Below, in pieces: positions 19,069-29,100 of a stretch of 64,000 nt of DNA. The stretch covers positions 30,238 to 94,237 of the forward strand of contig CAWJVS010000020.1 in assembly GCA_963846335.1 (NCBI GenBank). The letters run 5' to 3'. Each line of letters opens with the position of its first letter. Position 1 is the first letter of the stretch. The notes under the pieces are model-generated. The model had not been told where the DNA came from. It searched no databases and saw only the letters and a list, made by a program, of their open reading frames with translations. Made by a program: the position numbers and the translations under genes. Origin of the DNA: an uncultured Bacteroidales bacterium (GTDB taxonomy: Bacteria; Bacteroidota; Bacteroidia; Bacteroidales; VadinHA17).

Positions 19069-19729
19069 CAGCTCAGCTTCTCTCGCTCCTTATTTCTCAA
19101 GCGGTAAGGGTAAATTCCTTCTTTTATCCACCGGAACCTGGTGCATCAACATGAATCCTTTCAATACCGAAAGACTGACTGCTGAACAGCTCGACCGTGA
19201 TTGTCTGTGCTACCTGAGCATTACCAGACAACCTGTCAAATCATCCAGGTTCTGGCTGGGACACCTTCATGAATCAGTTGCTGACAGGATATCTTTGCAT
19301 TTCGGAAAACCTGCCGGCTATTTCAAGAAAGTTAAGCCGGACAAGCGCATATTATCAGAGATGAAGAAAAAATATGGCGAAAACAAGATTTTCTTTAAAC
19401 CATTTTCTTTTCTAAGGGATCTGAATGAGTCCGTTGACATGTACGAATTTGCTACCTATGAGGAGGCCTATCACCAGCTTATGATTGAACTTTGCTATTT
19501 TACCGTTGAATCCATAAACCTTATACTCCCCGAAAATGATGAAACTTCAAATATTTACATTACCGGAGGTTTCTCGGGAAATAAATTGTTTCTGGAAATG
19601 ATCAGAGAAGCTTTTCCGGCAAAGAAGGTGTGGACATCAGAAATCGGCAATGCTTCCGCCCTTGGTGCAGCTCTGGTTGTTTCAGGCTCTGCTCCGGATC
19701 TTAATCTGGACCTTACTGAATGTGTTTGA
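18968..19729 (+). CDS. FGGY-family sugar kinase, C-terminal fragment
   Basis: GIGIHDSSASL, LSTGTWCI and ITGGFS.N are FGGY motifs. Joins 18430..19068 through a frameshift near 19020. Confidence 0.65.
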   Translation: MRTDWNCRNRFLWRLSMKLEIEGKKIRVGIGIHDSSASLAPYFSSGKGKFLLLSTGTWCINMNPFNTERLTAEQLDRDCLCYLSITRQPVKSSRFWLGHLHESVADRISLHFGKPAGYFKKVKPDKRILSEMKKKYGENKIFFKPFSFLRDLNESVDMYEFATYEEAYHQLMIELCYFTVESINLILPENDETSNIYITGGFSGNKLFLEMIREAFPAKKVWTSEIGNASALGAALVVSGSAPDLNLDLTECV

Positions 19730-19766
19730 GGACCAGTATTTAAGTAAGGAATTAAAGTAAATAATG

Positions 19767-20375
19767 CTATTTTAGTATTATAACCCTTGTGGAGTAATAT
19801 TGTGTTTCTCCGCTTAACCTGACAATGTATACTCCTCCGGGCAAGGGTGCGTTGTTGAAATTTTTCCCGTACCAGTCGATGTAATATTCACCAGCCTCAA
19901 TGCTCTGATCGGTGAGGGTATTAACCAGTTTACCCTGTATATCATATATTTCAATTCTGTACCTTCCTGCAGCTGCAACCTCTACCCTCATTGTTGTATA
20001 ATCGCGGAATGGATTGGGGAAGCATGTCAGACGGCAGTCTGTCAGGGGCAATGTATCTGTTGAATCAGAGTGAACAGACTGGAAATTTATGACACCAGGG
20101 GTGCCTCCTATGAGACCCGATTTCCAGTTTTTACCTGAATTGTTGTCTGACAGCGGATCTGTAAGTTCAATTGACGTACCCGTGACAATTGCATCTGACG
20201 GCCAGGGGGCACTGGAAGTAAAGCTCAGGAAGTCAACAAGATTTCCATCAGCATCGTATAGGTTTATGTCATCACCCGAACTGCTGAGGCCAAAAGCCAT
20301 ATCTCCGGAAATATTGTTTACCATTGGCCAGAATCTAAGGAACGCAGCCACGTCGCGGCAAACAACTATATACAT
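19767..20375 (-). CDS. CotH/LTD protein, C-terminal fragment (LTD remainder plus T9SS C-terminal domain)
   Basis: INLYDADGNLVDFLSF belongs to the lamin-tail domain. FPNPFRDYTTMRVEV...YDIQGKLV...GVYIVRL is a T9SS CTD. The frame is open upstream to about 20405. Confidence 0.75.
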   Translation of the reverse strand: MYIVVCRDVAAFLRFWPMVNNISGDMAFGLSSSGDDINLYDADGNLVDFLSFTSSAPWPSDAIVTGTSIELTDPLSDNNSGKNWKSGLIGGTPGVINFQSVHSDSTDTLPLTDCRLTCFPNPFRDYTTMRVEVAAAGRYRIEIYDIQGKLVNTLTDQSIEAGEYYIDWYGKNFNNAPLPGGVYIVRLSGETQYYSTRVIILK

Positions 20376-20418
20376 TCCGGGTGAAAGGATAAAATCTTCA
20401 GGAATAACATAACCGGTT

Positions 20419-20649
20419 TCAGGTCCTGCAGTCGCTTATGATCCAGTTTTTCAGATTCACTGTTGAATTACCAGCATTATATAATTCCACCCAGTCTTTC
20501 GTATCTTTCTCCGGGGATGATTTATAATTTATCTCATTGATCACAATTTTTATATCCGTATTCCTTGCAGGCTCGAAAACAGCCTTAAAGGTCTTCGCCT
20601 CTGCCATATTGTAATCGAGCGAAACGGAATTTGATTCAAGGGAACCCAT
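20419..20649 (-). CDS. CotH/LTD protein, middle fragment (start of second lamin-tail domain)
   Basis: IVINEINYKSSPEKDTKDWVELYNAGNSTVNLKNWIISD is an LTD signature. It connects to the 880-aa fragment via APG|YKFVKW, with an extra G in the CCCGGG run near 20670. Confidence 0.7.
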   Translation of the reverse strand: MGSLESNSVSLDYNMAEAKTFKAVFEPARNTDIKIVINEINYKSSPEKDTKDWVELYNAGNSTVNLKNWIISDCRT

Positions 20650-20665
20650 TTGCCATTTGACAAAT

Positions 20666-23308
20666 TTATATCCCGGGAGCCGGAATGGCAGTCAGCTTAA
20701 TAGGCAGATCTTTGAAATAGATGCCATAGAACGGATATTCATGAGGTACGATGGAGTTTACCTTCACAGTTCCTGTACCGGGATCATCTATCTCGATCCT
20801 GATGCTGAGTTCCGTCGCCAGATTGAACTGGTATCTTAAATACATCCTCGCATAATCGGGCCGGCGGTTTGCAAAGCTCTTAATGATGCTGTAGTTATAC
20901 TGCCATGAATCCATGCTTAACCCCCAGCGGGCAAAATGATCCTCCGCTTCCGGAAGATAAACCTGCTTTAATGAATCAACTACAGTATTGACCCTTATCG
21001 AAGTGAAGTTGGTATTAAGCCTGTCGGCAAACTGATTTGAAAATTCATTTCTGAATCCGGTATTTGATGCCATGCGTCTGAAAAGCAGAGTAGACCATGG
21101 TGGATTAGGCCATCCCGGACCATTTGGCTCGAGGGCATAGGCCAGAGTGTTGTAACTATAAGCCGCTTCTTCCCAGATGGAGAAACCAAAGTCTGTATCA
21201 AATATTATCCACCGCCAGAGACTGCCCGGATCATTTGTATTCCAGAATTTGATATTGTTCCCGGGCCAGTCTTTGTTGTTTATGTAGATCTGAGTCAACT
21301 GATACTGAATATAATTGTCAAGGTCTATTTTCCGGCTTACCTGGCTGTACTTCTGTGCATTTTCAAGAGTGTTGTTTTCAAGATAGCCAATGATGTCCAT
21401 GTAGTCGCTGTTGCTGCCTTCAATAACATCACCATTGAATTCAAGAAGGTTTACATTATCCGGATTTACAAAATGATTTTCAGCAATGAAATTTTCATTG
21501 ACCTTTTCCCTTATATCGAGTATTCCCCAGTATTCGCCGTTTATATAAACCACCGCCGGCTGAAACGCCTGACGGTCTACATCCATGTCTCTGATGAGAG
21601 TTGAAGTTAGTCCATCCCTCAGCATTGCCTGGTCCCAGTCATTACCGGAATTTCTCAGGACAAGGGATTCAAATTTCTCAATGTGTTTGTCATTAAAGAC
21701 CTTGTAGTCAAAGGAACCTTTGCCATATTCCTTTCTGGCGAAGAGTGCCAGTGATTTTTGAGGGTACGCACGCGAATATGCACCGAAAATCTTTATTCCT
21801 ATATCCTGATCAATCTGTTTGATTCCTTTGACATCATATAATTCCATATGCGCCTCTCTTTCCCAGTCCTTCCAGAAATTAGCGCCAAAATTTGGTGGAT
21901 CAGGTGATGCATTCGGTCCCATAGCATAGATCCCGTAATTATAGTCCCATAAGTTATCAGGATCAGTACTGAGGCATACAACAGGGAGAGTATGGTTTTT
22001 CGTAATGTATGTATTAGTGGCTGTCGCTCCGGGTAATCTTTCGGATTTGATTGATCGTGCTCTTACAACTGTATTGCCAGAAAGCGGTATAGGGTCAATA
22101 TACCGTGGAGATGTAACAGTTGGTTCTGATCCGTCGAGGGTATAAAATATTGAATCGGAAAGACAGGTTGATGAAAGCTGAAGGTTCAGCCCGCCAGGAT
22201 AATAACCTCCCTTTGCAGAGAAAATTACTGTATCTCCCTCAAGTGAATCATATCCTTTGGATGTATTTGAGGCACCCGGAGTGGGAACTGCAAAATAAAG
22301 CCATGAATCATCGCCATCCGGCTTTCTTCCATATGACAGGTCTGAACGCATTATTACAGGAGATACTGAATCAACAACTGAGGAGTCAGGCCGGGAGAAT
22401 ACAATCGTTTCTCCCTCATTACTGATCTTGAAATTGGTATGCAATTTTCTTCCCTTGAGCTGAATGTAATCTGGCACAGAATCCTGCTCTCCCGATGCAA
22501 TCCGGCCAATACTCAGCATTGGAATGAGGCTGAAATCAGATGAAGCAGGATCGGAATTATGTCCCTGAATGGCAATTACGTTAACCCCCTCAGCAAGAAA
22601 TGATACCGGATCCGGAATAACAAAATTCTCCGGAAACCCTCCCTGATATAATGTCGCTTCCCTGGCCAGGATGCCGGTAAGCATGTTGAATGGCACCGTG
22701 GATGCTGAGCCCAGATTGCTCCTTGCAATTTCATGGCCGTTTATATAAGCTACAAACCCGTCATCGTAGTCAATACTCAAAACCAGTTCTTCAATATTCT
22801 GAAGATTGGTTATGGTGAACTCTTTTCTTATAAAGACACTTATAATATTATTTAATACCGTTGAATCATCGTTGTCTCCATAGCCAAAACCGCTCGATCC
22901 CGTATTCCATGCGGAGGCATCAAAACCTCTGTCCTTCCATGATTCCCCTGTTTCAGATTCAGGAACAAGATACTTCCACTCAGCATCTCTTGAAATTATT
23001 GTCTTATAGCTGACAGGAAGTGCTGTCCTGTTTTTATCAGAGGCAAAAATCAGAAGGTAGGAATAAGGCTTAAGAGGTACTGCGGGAAGAGTCCATTTTG
23101 TAAAAAAAGATGCATCGTCGGAAAGATGGTACCCGTCGAGGTTTATCCCGGAAGCTGAATTGTTAAATAGTTCAATCCAGTCATTGTATTCACCATCCTC
23201 ATCAGCTATCCGGCTGATATTTGATGATGAGAATTCATTGATAAGAACCTGAGGATACAACTTAACCGATAAAAACAGTAATAGAAAACAAAACTGCAGT
23301 TGACGCAT
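20666..23308 (-). CDS. CotH-family kinase-like protein with N-terminal lamin-tail domain (main 880-aa fragment)
   Basis: Signal peptide followed by VLINEFSSSN...DWIELFNNS (LTD). The central ~450 aa look CotH-like (LRNSGNDW, LRD, YINGEYWGIY-type, FDTDF). Together with the two downstream fragments it forms one ~1180-aa gene. Confidence 0.75.
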   Translation of the reverse strand: MRQLQFCFLLLFLSVKLYPQVLINEFSSSNISRIADEDGEYNDWIELFNNSASGINLDGYHLSDDASFFTKWTLPAVPLKPYSYLLIFASDKNRTALPVSYKTIISRDAEWKYLVPESETGESWKDRGFDASAWNTGSSGFGYGDNDDSTVLNNIISVFIRKEFTITNLQNIEELVLSIDYDDGFVAYINGHEIARSNLGSASTVPFNMLTGILAREATLYQGGFPENFVIPDPVSFLAEGVNVIAIQGHNSDPASSDFSLIPMLSIGRIASGEQDSVPDYIQLKGRKLHTNFKISNEGETIVFSRPDSSVVDSVSPVIMRSDLSYGRKPDGDDSWLYFAVPTPGASNTSKGYDSLEGDTVIFSAKGGYYPGGLNLQLSSTCLSDSIFYTLDGSEPTVTSPRYIDPIPLSGNTVVRARSIKSERLPGATATNTYITKNHTLPVVCLSTDPDNLWDYNYGIYAMGPNASPDPPNFGANFWKDWEREAHMELYDVKGIKQIDQDIGIKIFGAYSRAYPQKSLALFARKEYGKGSFDYKVFNDKHIEKFESLVLRNSGNDWDQAMLRDGLTSTLIRDMDVDRQAFQPAVVYINGEYWGILDIREKVNENFIAENHFVNPDNVNLLEFNGDVIEGSNSDYMDIIGYLENNTLENAQKYSQVSRKIDLDNYIQYQLTQIYINNKDWPGNNIKFWNTNDPGSLWRWIIFDTDFGFSIWEEAAYSYNTLAYALEPNGPGWPNPPWSTLLFRRMASNTGFRNEFSNQFADRLNTNFTSIRVNTVVDSLKQVYLPEAEDHFARWGLSMDSWQYNYSIIKSFANRRPDYARMYLRYQFNLATELSIRIEIDDPGTGTVKVNSIVPHEYPFYGIYFKDLPIKLTAIPAPGI

Positions 23309-23341
23309 GATCTGACAAATGACTCCATGTTAATCCGGCAC

Positions 23342-23349
23342 CAAATGTA
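23342..23349 (-). promoter_or_regulatory. Candidate Bacteroidetes -7 box (TACATTTG on the minus strand) for the CotH gene
   Basis: Exact match to TAnnTTTG, 34 nt upstream of the ATG at 23308. No well-spaced TTTG -33 element was found. Confidence 0.35.
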
Positions 23350-23410
23350 CATAAAATTTAATTATATCGCAGGAGTGTATCAATGTGTAAAATTTGGGAG
23401 AATTTAATAT

Positions 23411-23418
23411 TATATTTG
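23411..23418 (+). promoter_or_regulatory. Candidate Bacteroidetes -7 box (TATATTTG) for the LTD-VTC-DUF4956-DUF2490 operon
   Basis: Exact TAnnTTTG match 46 nt upstream of the ATG at 23464. A TTTG at 23393-23396 is spaced only 14 nt, shorter than the usual 19-21 nt. Confidence 0.4.
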
Positions 23419-23420
23419 TG

Positions 23421-23438
23421 ACAGATTTTAAAATCTGT
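23421..23438. promoter_or_regulatory. Perfect 18-bp palindrome ACAGATTTTAAAATCTGT (candidate operator or 5'-UTR hairpin)
   Basis: Read directly. It starts 3 nt after the -7 box and lies 26 nt before the LTD lipoprotein ATG. Confidence 0.45.
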
Positions 23439-23463
23439 AAAATAATATTCCTGCTGGCATACT

Positions 23464-23994
23464 ATGGTATTCAAGACAACGGTAAAAAGGAAAATCCTGC
23501 TGCTATTTCTCCTGGTTCTGGCTACACAACCGGGATGCAAAAAACCTCCGGAACCGGTATCCGGCGATATAATAATAAATGAGCTACTCCCGGTAAATAC
23601 TTCGATCGCTCCTGACCAGGATGGTGAATATGATGACTGGATTGAATTATATAATCTGTCCGGTTCGGCAAAAGATATTTCAGGTTTTTTTCTTTCAGAT
23701 AACAAGGATCATTTCTCGAAATGGGAATTTCCTTCGGGAACATCAATTCCCGGGAATGGATATCTCATTATCTGGGCTGATGATGATAGTGCGCAGATCG
23801 GTCTTCATACAAATTTCAAGCTATCTTCGCTCGGCGAAGAGGTGTTGCTTTCAACTCCGGATGGCACTCTTCTGGACAAAGTCATTTATCCGGGACAGAG
23901 CCTTGAATTGTCATTCTCCAGAAATCCTGACGGTACTGGTGCCTTCATTTGGCAAACACCTACATTCAACAGTTCCAACAATATACCGGAATAG
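23464..23994 (+). CDS. Lamin-tail-domain (LTD) lipoprotein
   Basis: 176 aa. The leader ends LATQPGC (lipobox-like Cys). IIINELLPVN...DDWIELYNLSGSAKDISGFFLSD...GYLIIWADDD matches LTD. Confidence 0.75.
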   Translation: MVFKTTVKRKILLLFLLVLATQPGCKKPPEPVSGDIIINELLPVNTSIAPDQDGEYDDWIELYNLSGSAKDISGFFLSDNKDHFSKWEFPSGTSIPGNGYLIIWADDDSAQIGLHTNFKLSSLGEEVLLSTPDGTLLDKVIYPGQSLELSFSRNPDGTGAFIWQTPTFNSSNNIPE

Positions 23995-24049
23995 AAAATG
24001 GATGCGTTTACTTATGATCTGACGCAACTATTTAATCTAAACAACACCG

Positions 24050-24832
24050 GTGTTTAGCATCATGCAGAATAGCGATATAGAAAGCGAATTAAGCAAATTA
24101 GGTTCCGTCAGCCTTGATGCAATTTCTGATGTCAGGTTAATGAACAGGATTGAAATAAAATACGTGTTTACCTGTTGTAAGCTGCCTGATCTGCTATGTC
24201 TGCTGAATAATCATTATCAGGTGCTTGAAATAAGCAATATGAGGATCCTTCCTTATTTTACAACTTACTTTGATACACCGGATTATCTGTTCTATAACCA
24301 GCATGTAAGAGGCGAATATGACAGGCATAAGATAAGGTATAGAAAATATGAGGTTTCAAAAGAATCATTTCTCGAAATTAAAAAGAAGACGAATAAAGGG
24401 AGAACCATTAAATGGCGAATAGAAAATAAACTCCCGGCTGCCTCCTTCGATTCAGAAGCCACCGCCTTTATCGGAAAATATCTGCCGGTAAATTCAACTC
24501 TCATCAGGCCTTCCCTGGTAAGTACTTTTACCCGCATAACACTGGCAGGGATCGAACGTAAAGAAAGAATGACTATCGATTTCAATATCTCCTTTTCAGA
24601 TCCTGAAAAATCACGGATGTTATCACTTCCTCATCTTACAATAGTTGAACTGAAAAAAGAAGCATTATCAGATTCATCAGAGCTAAAAAGTCTCCTCAGG
24701 CATCTCAATATATATCCAACAGCATTCAGTAAATACTGTGTCGGGAGCGCACTTCTGAATGACTCTCTCAAGAAGAATATGATCAAACCTAAGCTATTAT
24801 TACTTAACAAATTGGAAAATGAATACACTTGA
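24050..24832 (+). CDS. VTC-domain (polyphosphate-polymerase-like, triphosphate tunnel) protein
   Basis: 260 aa. NRIEIKYVF at the N-terminus, RYRKYE, LEIKKK and TIVELK strands resemble bacterial VTC/CYTH-like tunnel proteins. The likely true start is the ATG at 24062. Confidence 0.6.
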   Translation: MFSIMQNSDIESELSKLGSVSLDAISDVRLMNRIEIKYVFTCCKLPDLLCLLNNHYQVLEISNMRILPYFTTYFDTPDYLFYNQHVRGEYDRHKIRYRKYEVSKESFLEIKKKTNKGRTIKWRIENKLPAASFDSEATAFIGKYLPVNSTLIRPSLVSTFTRITLAGIERKERMTIDFNISFSDPEKSRMLSLPHLTIVELKKEALSDSSELKSLLRHLNIYPTAFSKYCVGSALLNDSLKKNMIKPKLLLLNKLENEYT

Positions 24833-25511
24833 TATTATATCAACTGACAAAACAGCACTGTCCGGAATTGAATTCATCGACTGGGCTAATCTTCTCGAGC
24901 TGATCGGCCGTTTTGCCCTGAACCTCATCGTAATTCTTATTCTTGTAAGATGGTTTTATTTTTCAACCACCAGGCGGAAAGATTTTCTTTTCACCTATAT
25001 CCTTATTTCAAGTATTGTTTTCTTGCTGTGCTTCCTGCTGGAAAATGTTATGCTTCAGATTGGATTTGCTCTCGGGCTCTTTGCAATTTTCGGGATCATT
25101 CGCTACCGGACACATGCTATTCCGATCAAGGAGATGACTTACCTGTTTCTCATCATCGGAATCTCGGTGATAAATGCCCTCGCCAATACAGCCAGTATCA
25201 GTGAAATTATTTTTACCAACCTGATTATTATCTTTATTACCTATGGCCTCGAAAAGAAGTGGCTGCTGAGACACGAATCCTCAAAAAGCATAATTTACGA
25301 AAAGATCAACCTTATCAGAACTGAACATCATCAAGAACTTATAGAAGATCTTCAGATAAGGACAGGTATCAGGAAGATCAGCAGAATTGAAATAGGTGAG
25401 GTGGATTTTCTGAGAGATATTTGTCGCATTACGATATTTTTTGAAACCTCTGACAGGATGGAGAATGTTTCCTACCAGGTGGGCCATAAAATAGATGATG
25501 ATGATGATTAG
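24819..25511 (+). CDS. Membrane protein, DUF4956-like
   Basis: 230 aa with 4-5 TM segments followed by a soluble tail. Overlaps the VTC gene by 14 nt. The family assignment is from memory of the VTC-DUF4956 pairing and is not verified. Confidence 0.5.
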   Translation: MNTLDIISTDKTALSGIEFIDWANLLELIGRFALNLIVILILVRWFYFSTTRRKDFLFTYILISSIVFLLCFLLENVMLQIGFALGLFAIFGIIRYRTHAIPIKEMTYLFLIIGISVINALANTASISEIIFTNLIIIFITYGLEKKWLLRHESSKSIIYEKINLIRTEHHQELIEDLQIRTGIRKISRIEIGEVDFLRDICRITIFFETSDRMENVSYQVGHKIDDDDD

Positions 25512-26172
25512 ATATTATGTTTTCTTCTTTTTGCTGCTTGCAATTGCCAGTGCAGTTTACAGTCAGGACACCGATTTTGGGCTCTGGTATGAGGTGAAAG
25601 CAGAAAAATCATTAAATAAAAAGTTCGAAATCACCGGATCTGTAATGGTAAGGACTTTTGAGGATGCTTCAATAATAGAAGAGGCATTCACTGAAATAGG
25701 TGCTTCATACAGACTGAACAAATATATCGGATTTGCCTTATCTTACAGGATCGGCAATTATCTTGAGGATGATGATCTGTATCATATAAGGCACAAATGG
25801 TTCGGCGATATAAAAGGATCTCTTCCTGCAGGCCAGTTTGTCTTTTCTGCCCGGTTAAGGCTCCAGATGATTGCAAGGACATATATTGAAGATGAGAAAG
25901 ATGACAGAGCAGAATACGATGGCAGGCTAAGATTAAAGGCAGTTTATAAAATCCCTGACTTCCCGGTAAATCCGTATCTGAGTTTCGAGACTTTCAGCCC
26001 GGTTTTCAGAAACGAAGGTCGCCTGATTGACAAAAGCAGAAGTGCAGTCGGACTGGAATTCAAAATAACCAGCAAGCACTATCTTGAAACTGAATATGTC
26101 TATCAGAGAGATACTTATCCCAATCTGTCGATTTTAAATATCATCTCCCTGAGCTATACATTCAAGTTTTAA
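25495..26172 (+). CDS. Putative outer-membrane beta-barrel protein, DUF2490-like
   Basis: 225 aa with a signal peptide. Alternating-hydrophobic strands end in the aromatic terminus LSYTFKF. Overlaps the upstream gene by 17 nt. Confidence 0.5.
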   Translation: MMMMIRYYVFFFLLLAIASAVYSQDTDFGLWYEVKAEKSLNKKFEITGSVMVRTFEDASIIEEAFTEIGASYRLNKYIGFALSYRIGNYLEDDDLYHIRHKWFGDIKGSLPAGQFVFSARLRLQMIARTYIEDEKDDRAEYDGRLRLKAVYKIPDFPVNPYLSFETFSPVFRNEGRLIDKSRSAVGLEFKITSKHYLETEYVYQRDTYPNLSILNIISLSYTFKF

Positions 26173-26174
26173 TA

Positions 26175-29100
26175 TTACTCTTTCTTAAGGCTTGCAGTCA
26201 GTGAACTGCCGGTCACAGATCCCAGGGAAAAGAAGAGAGCTGCAAGACCTGTGCAAAAGATTATAATAACCATTGAAATAAGATAGATCCACGGTACATC
26301 GGAGCTGTTTTTCAATGAGGGGAGCGTTGCTATGATAGCAGGAATAACTCCGGCACTCATCCCTGCCATAAGGATAATTATCTGTTCCTGAAGTATCAAT
26401 TTTCTGATTTTCTTTACGTTAAAACCAGTAGCAAGCATCAGGGCAAATTCTCTCCTGCGGTAATTGTAGTTTCTTAATAGCACAAAGCCGAGTCCTGCAA
26501 TCCCGGTTACCATGCCCAGTGCGCCAAAGACTCCAAATACGGAGAGATAGGTGTTGGTTACTTCATAAAAAGAGGCGAGTCTGTCGTTTGTCCTTTCCAC
26601 TTTGACTCCAAAATTTTCTAACCTTTCATTCAGAGTATTGCCATAGAGATCTGCAAGATCTTTATTGCCATCGACAAGAAGAATTGAACTCCCCGGAACA
26701 GACGGAAAATACTTTCTGAAATTATCCAGACCTATGACAACATAACCCTGGAAAACAGATGATTTCAGACCGGCAGCAATTATAATATTCAATTTCTGAC
26801 CATTTTCCGATCTCATCATCAGAGTGTCCCCGGGTTTGATTTTCAGACCCCACTGCAGAACTGTCTGATCTGCAATTCCATAAATTGTATTGCTGGTCGG
26901 AGGAAAACTCAAAAACTGCCATGGATTTTCAACATTCCCGGCTTCAATGGCTTTAGCGAATGAAAATGATCCCCGTGAGATAAATTCATTCTGGTCCACA
27001 CCCAGCAGGGGAGGAACTTTTATATGATTGAGATTAAGGCAACTGGCATCGTTTCCTGCATATCTTTTCATCTGCACAAACTGCATCCCTGTCAACTGTT
27101 CTTCATCAAGGGCCAGGGTGGTTCTTCCCGTGTTTGTTTCCAGATCAGCCCTTACAGGTATTGTATTGTCGCACCAGAACAGAAAACCTCCGGTTCCGCC
27201 TGTAGGTTTCAGATGGCTGCTGTCAAAACTCATCCTGTTCGCACCTGTAATAAAAACTGCAAAAATGCCTGCTGCAATGAACAGAATGGGAGTGACTGCA
27301 TGAGATGGGTAATATGAATAGTAGAGCCTCGATAACTTAAGCGTCGGATCAGCTTTTTCTGAAAAGAGATTAAAGGAACTTATGAAGTATTGCCTCCATA
27401 AAAGAATAATGACGATAAGCAGGAGAGTGCCTGCGGAAAAACTCAGTACCACTTCCTGCTCTTTCAGGATGTTAGAAAGGATGTATAAACCTGCTGAGAT
27501 GAAAAATGAGATCAGCAGAAGAATCAGATTCAGGAGAGGGGAAGACTTTGTATCTAAAGCTTTTTTCTTACGATTAAGATTCTTAAGATGAAGCCTGATT
27601 TTGAACTCCAGAAAAACTATTGCAATAATTATCGTAATCAAAAAGCCTGCAAGTATTGGCAAAAGGCTGAAAAAAGTACTGAGGGTATCTGTCTGGACTG
27701 CTCCCTGCCAGACCGTATTAAGCAGTTTAATAATAAGAAAGCTTACCAGCATACCGGCAAATGAGCCGAGAAATGATCCTGTTAGCGATATAAAGCCTGA
27801 TTCAGCGAGCAATAGTTGTTTAATCCATCCGGTCCTGAATCCCAGAGCAAAAAACGTCCTGATCTGAATGTGTTTTGAATCAAGGTATGTCGTAACTGCA
27901 AATGACAATAAAACAACCGAAGCCAGGATAAGGAAGAATCCAAGACTGAGGAAAAGAGAGCTGAAATCGACACTCTCGCTGGCTGCCAGCAGTGAATCGC
28001 TGTACAGATCCGTGATTATGAATCCATTACTGGCAGGATCAAGATACCCTGCAAGTCTCCCTGAAATCTCCTGTGCACTTATGGATCCGGGAAAACGAAT
28101 CGCTGTTGCAGGTCCGAAATTATTTCCCCATAATTCGACTCCCTTGTCATAATTAATAAATGCCTTGGGAGTTCCTCTGAACCTATTCCAGTATTGCTCA
28201 TCTTTCTGGCGGATGTCATTGAGTTTTATTGTAACGCCTGCATCCCACTCAGAACAGGACTCGCTTCCTGATATACCCGGAAAGTCCGGCATCAGAAGGG
28301 AATCTCCCCATATTCCGTTCATTTCGACAATCCGGCTCACACGGAATCTGCTCTTTCTTTCAATGAGCTTGCTAAGTGAATCAGGTGCATACCATACCAT
28401 TTCAACAGTGTCACCCTGATTGATGTCCAGATCCCCGGCAAGCCATCTGTTAACAATGACTTCGTTACCGGTGACAATGTCAGGATATAGTGAATGCGGT
28501 AAGGCTGCAATAAATGAATATGGTGTTGATCTGGCCCCATGGGAAATCCTGTTTCCAAGATAAGTTATTACCGGCGCAGCAGGGGGAATATAGTTTTTTA
28601 CCTCGCTTACAAGAGAATTTTCAAGAAATATTTTGTCTGATCTCAATTCATATCCGCCGGTCTTTTCAAGAGGTATTATTTTCAGGCCGATATCTGAAGG
28701 TTTCATATGATTTCTTAAAGCATCATATGCCTTTTCCGTGGTAATATTATTATTAATCTCAAACAGTAACCTGTTGATCTTAATCTGTTTACCTGAGGTT
28801 CCAAAAATATCTGAAATATTGATAAATATATTTTCAGGTACAACCTGGCTTATTGATAGTGAGAAATCAGCTGATTCGGCAGGCTTCAATATTGAGCCTA
28901 CTTTTACCACCAGCGACCTTCCTTCCTCATTTGCCGGAGCAAAAGGAGCATCAGCTGGTATATCGCTGTAATCGTTAAACCGGAGAATCAGTTCATCACC
29001 TTTTTTCAGGTCCAGAGAAACAGCAATCTTTTCATTTACTGCTACCTCTCCCGGATTGATTTTTATTGCTTCTTTGCCATGAAAGCTGAAAAAATCCCCG

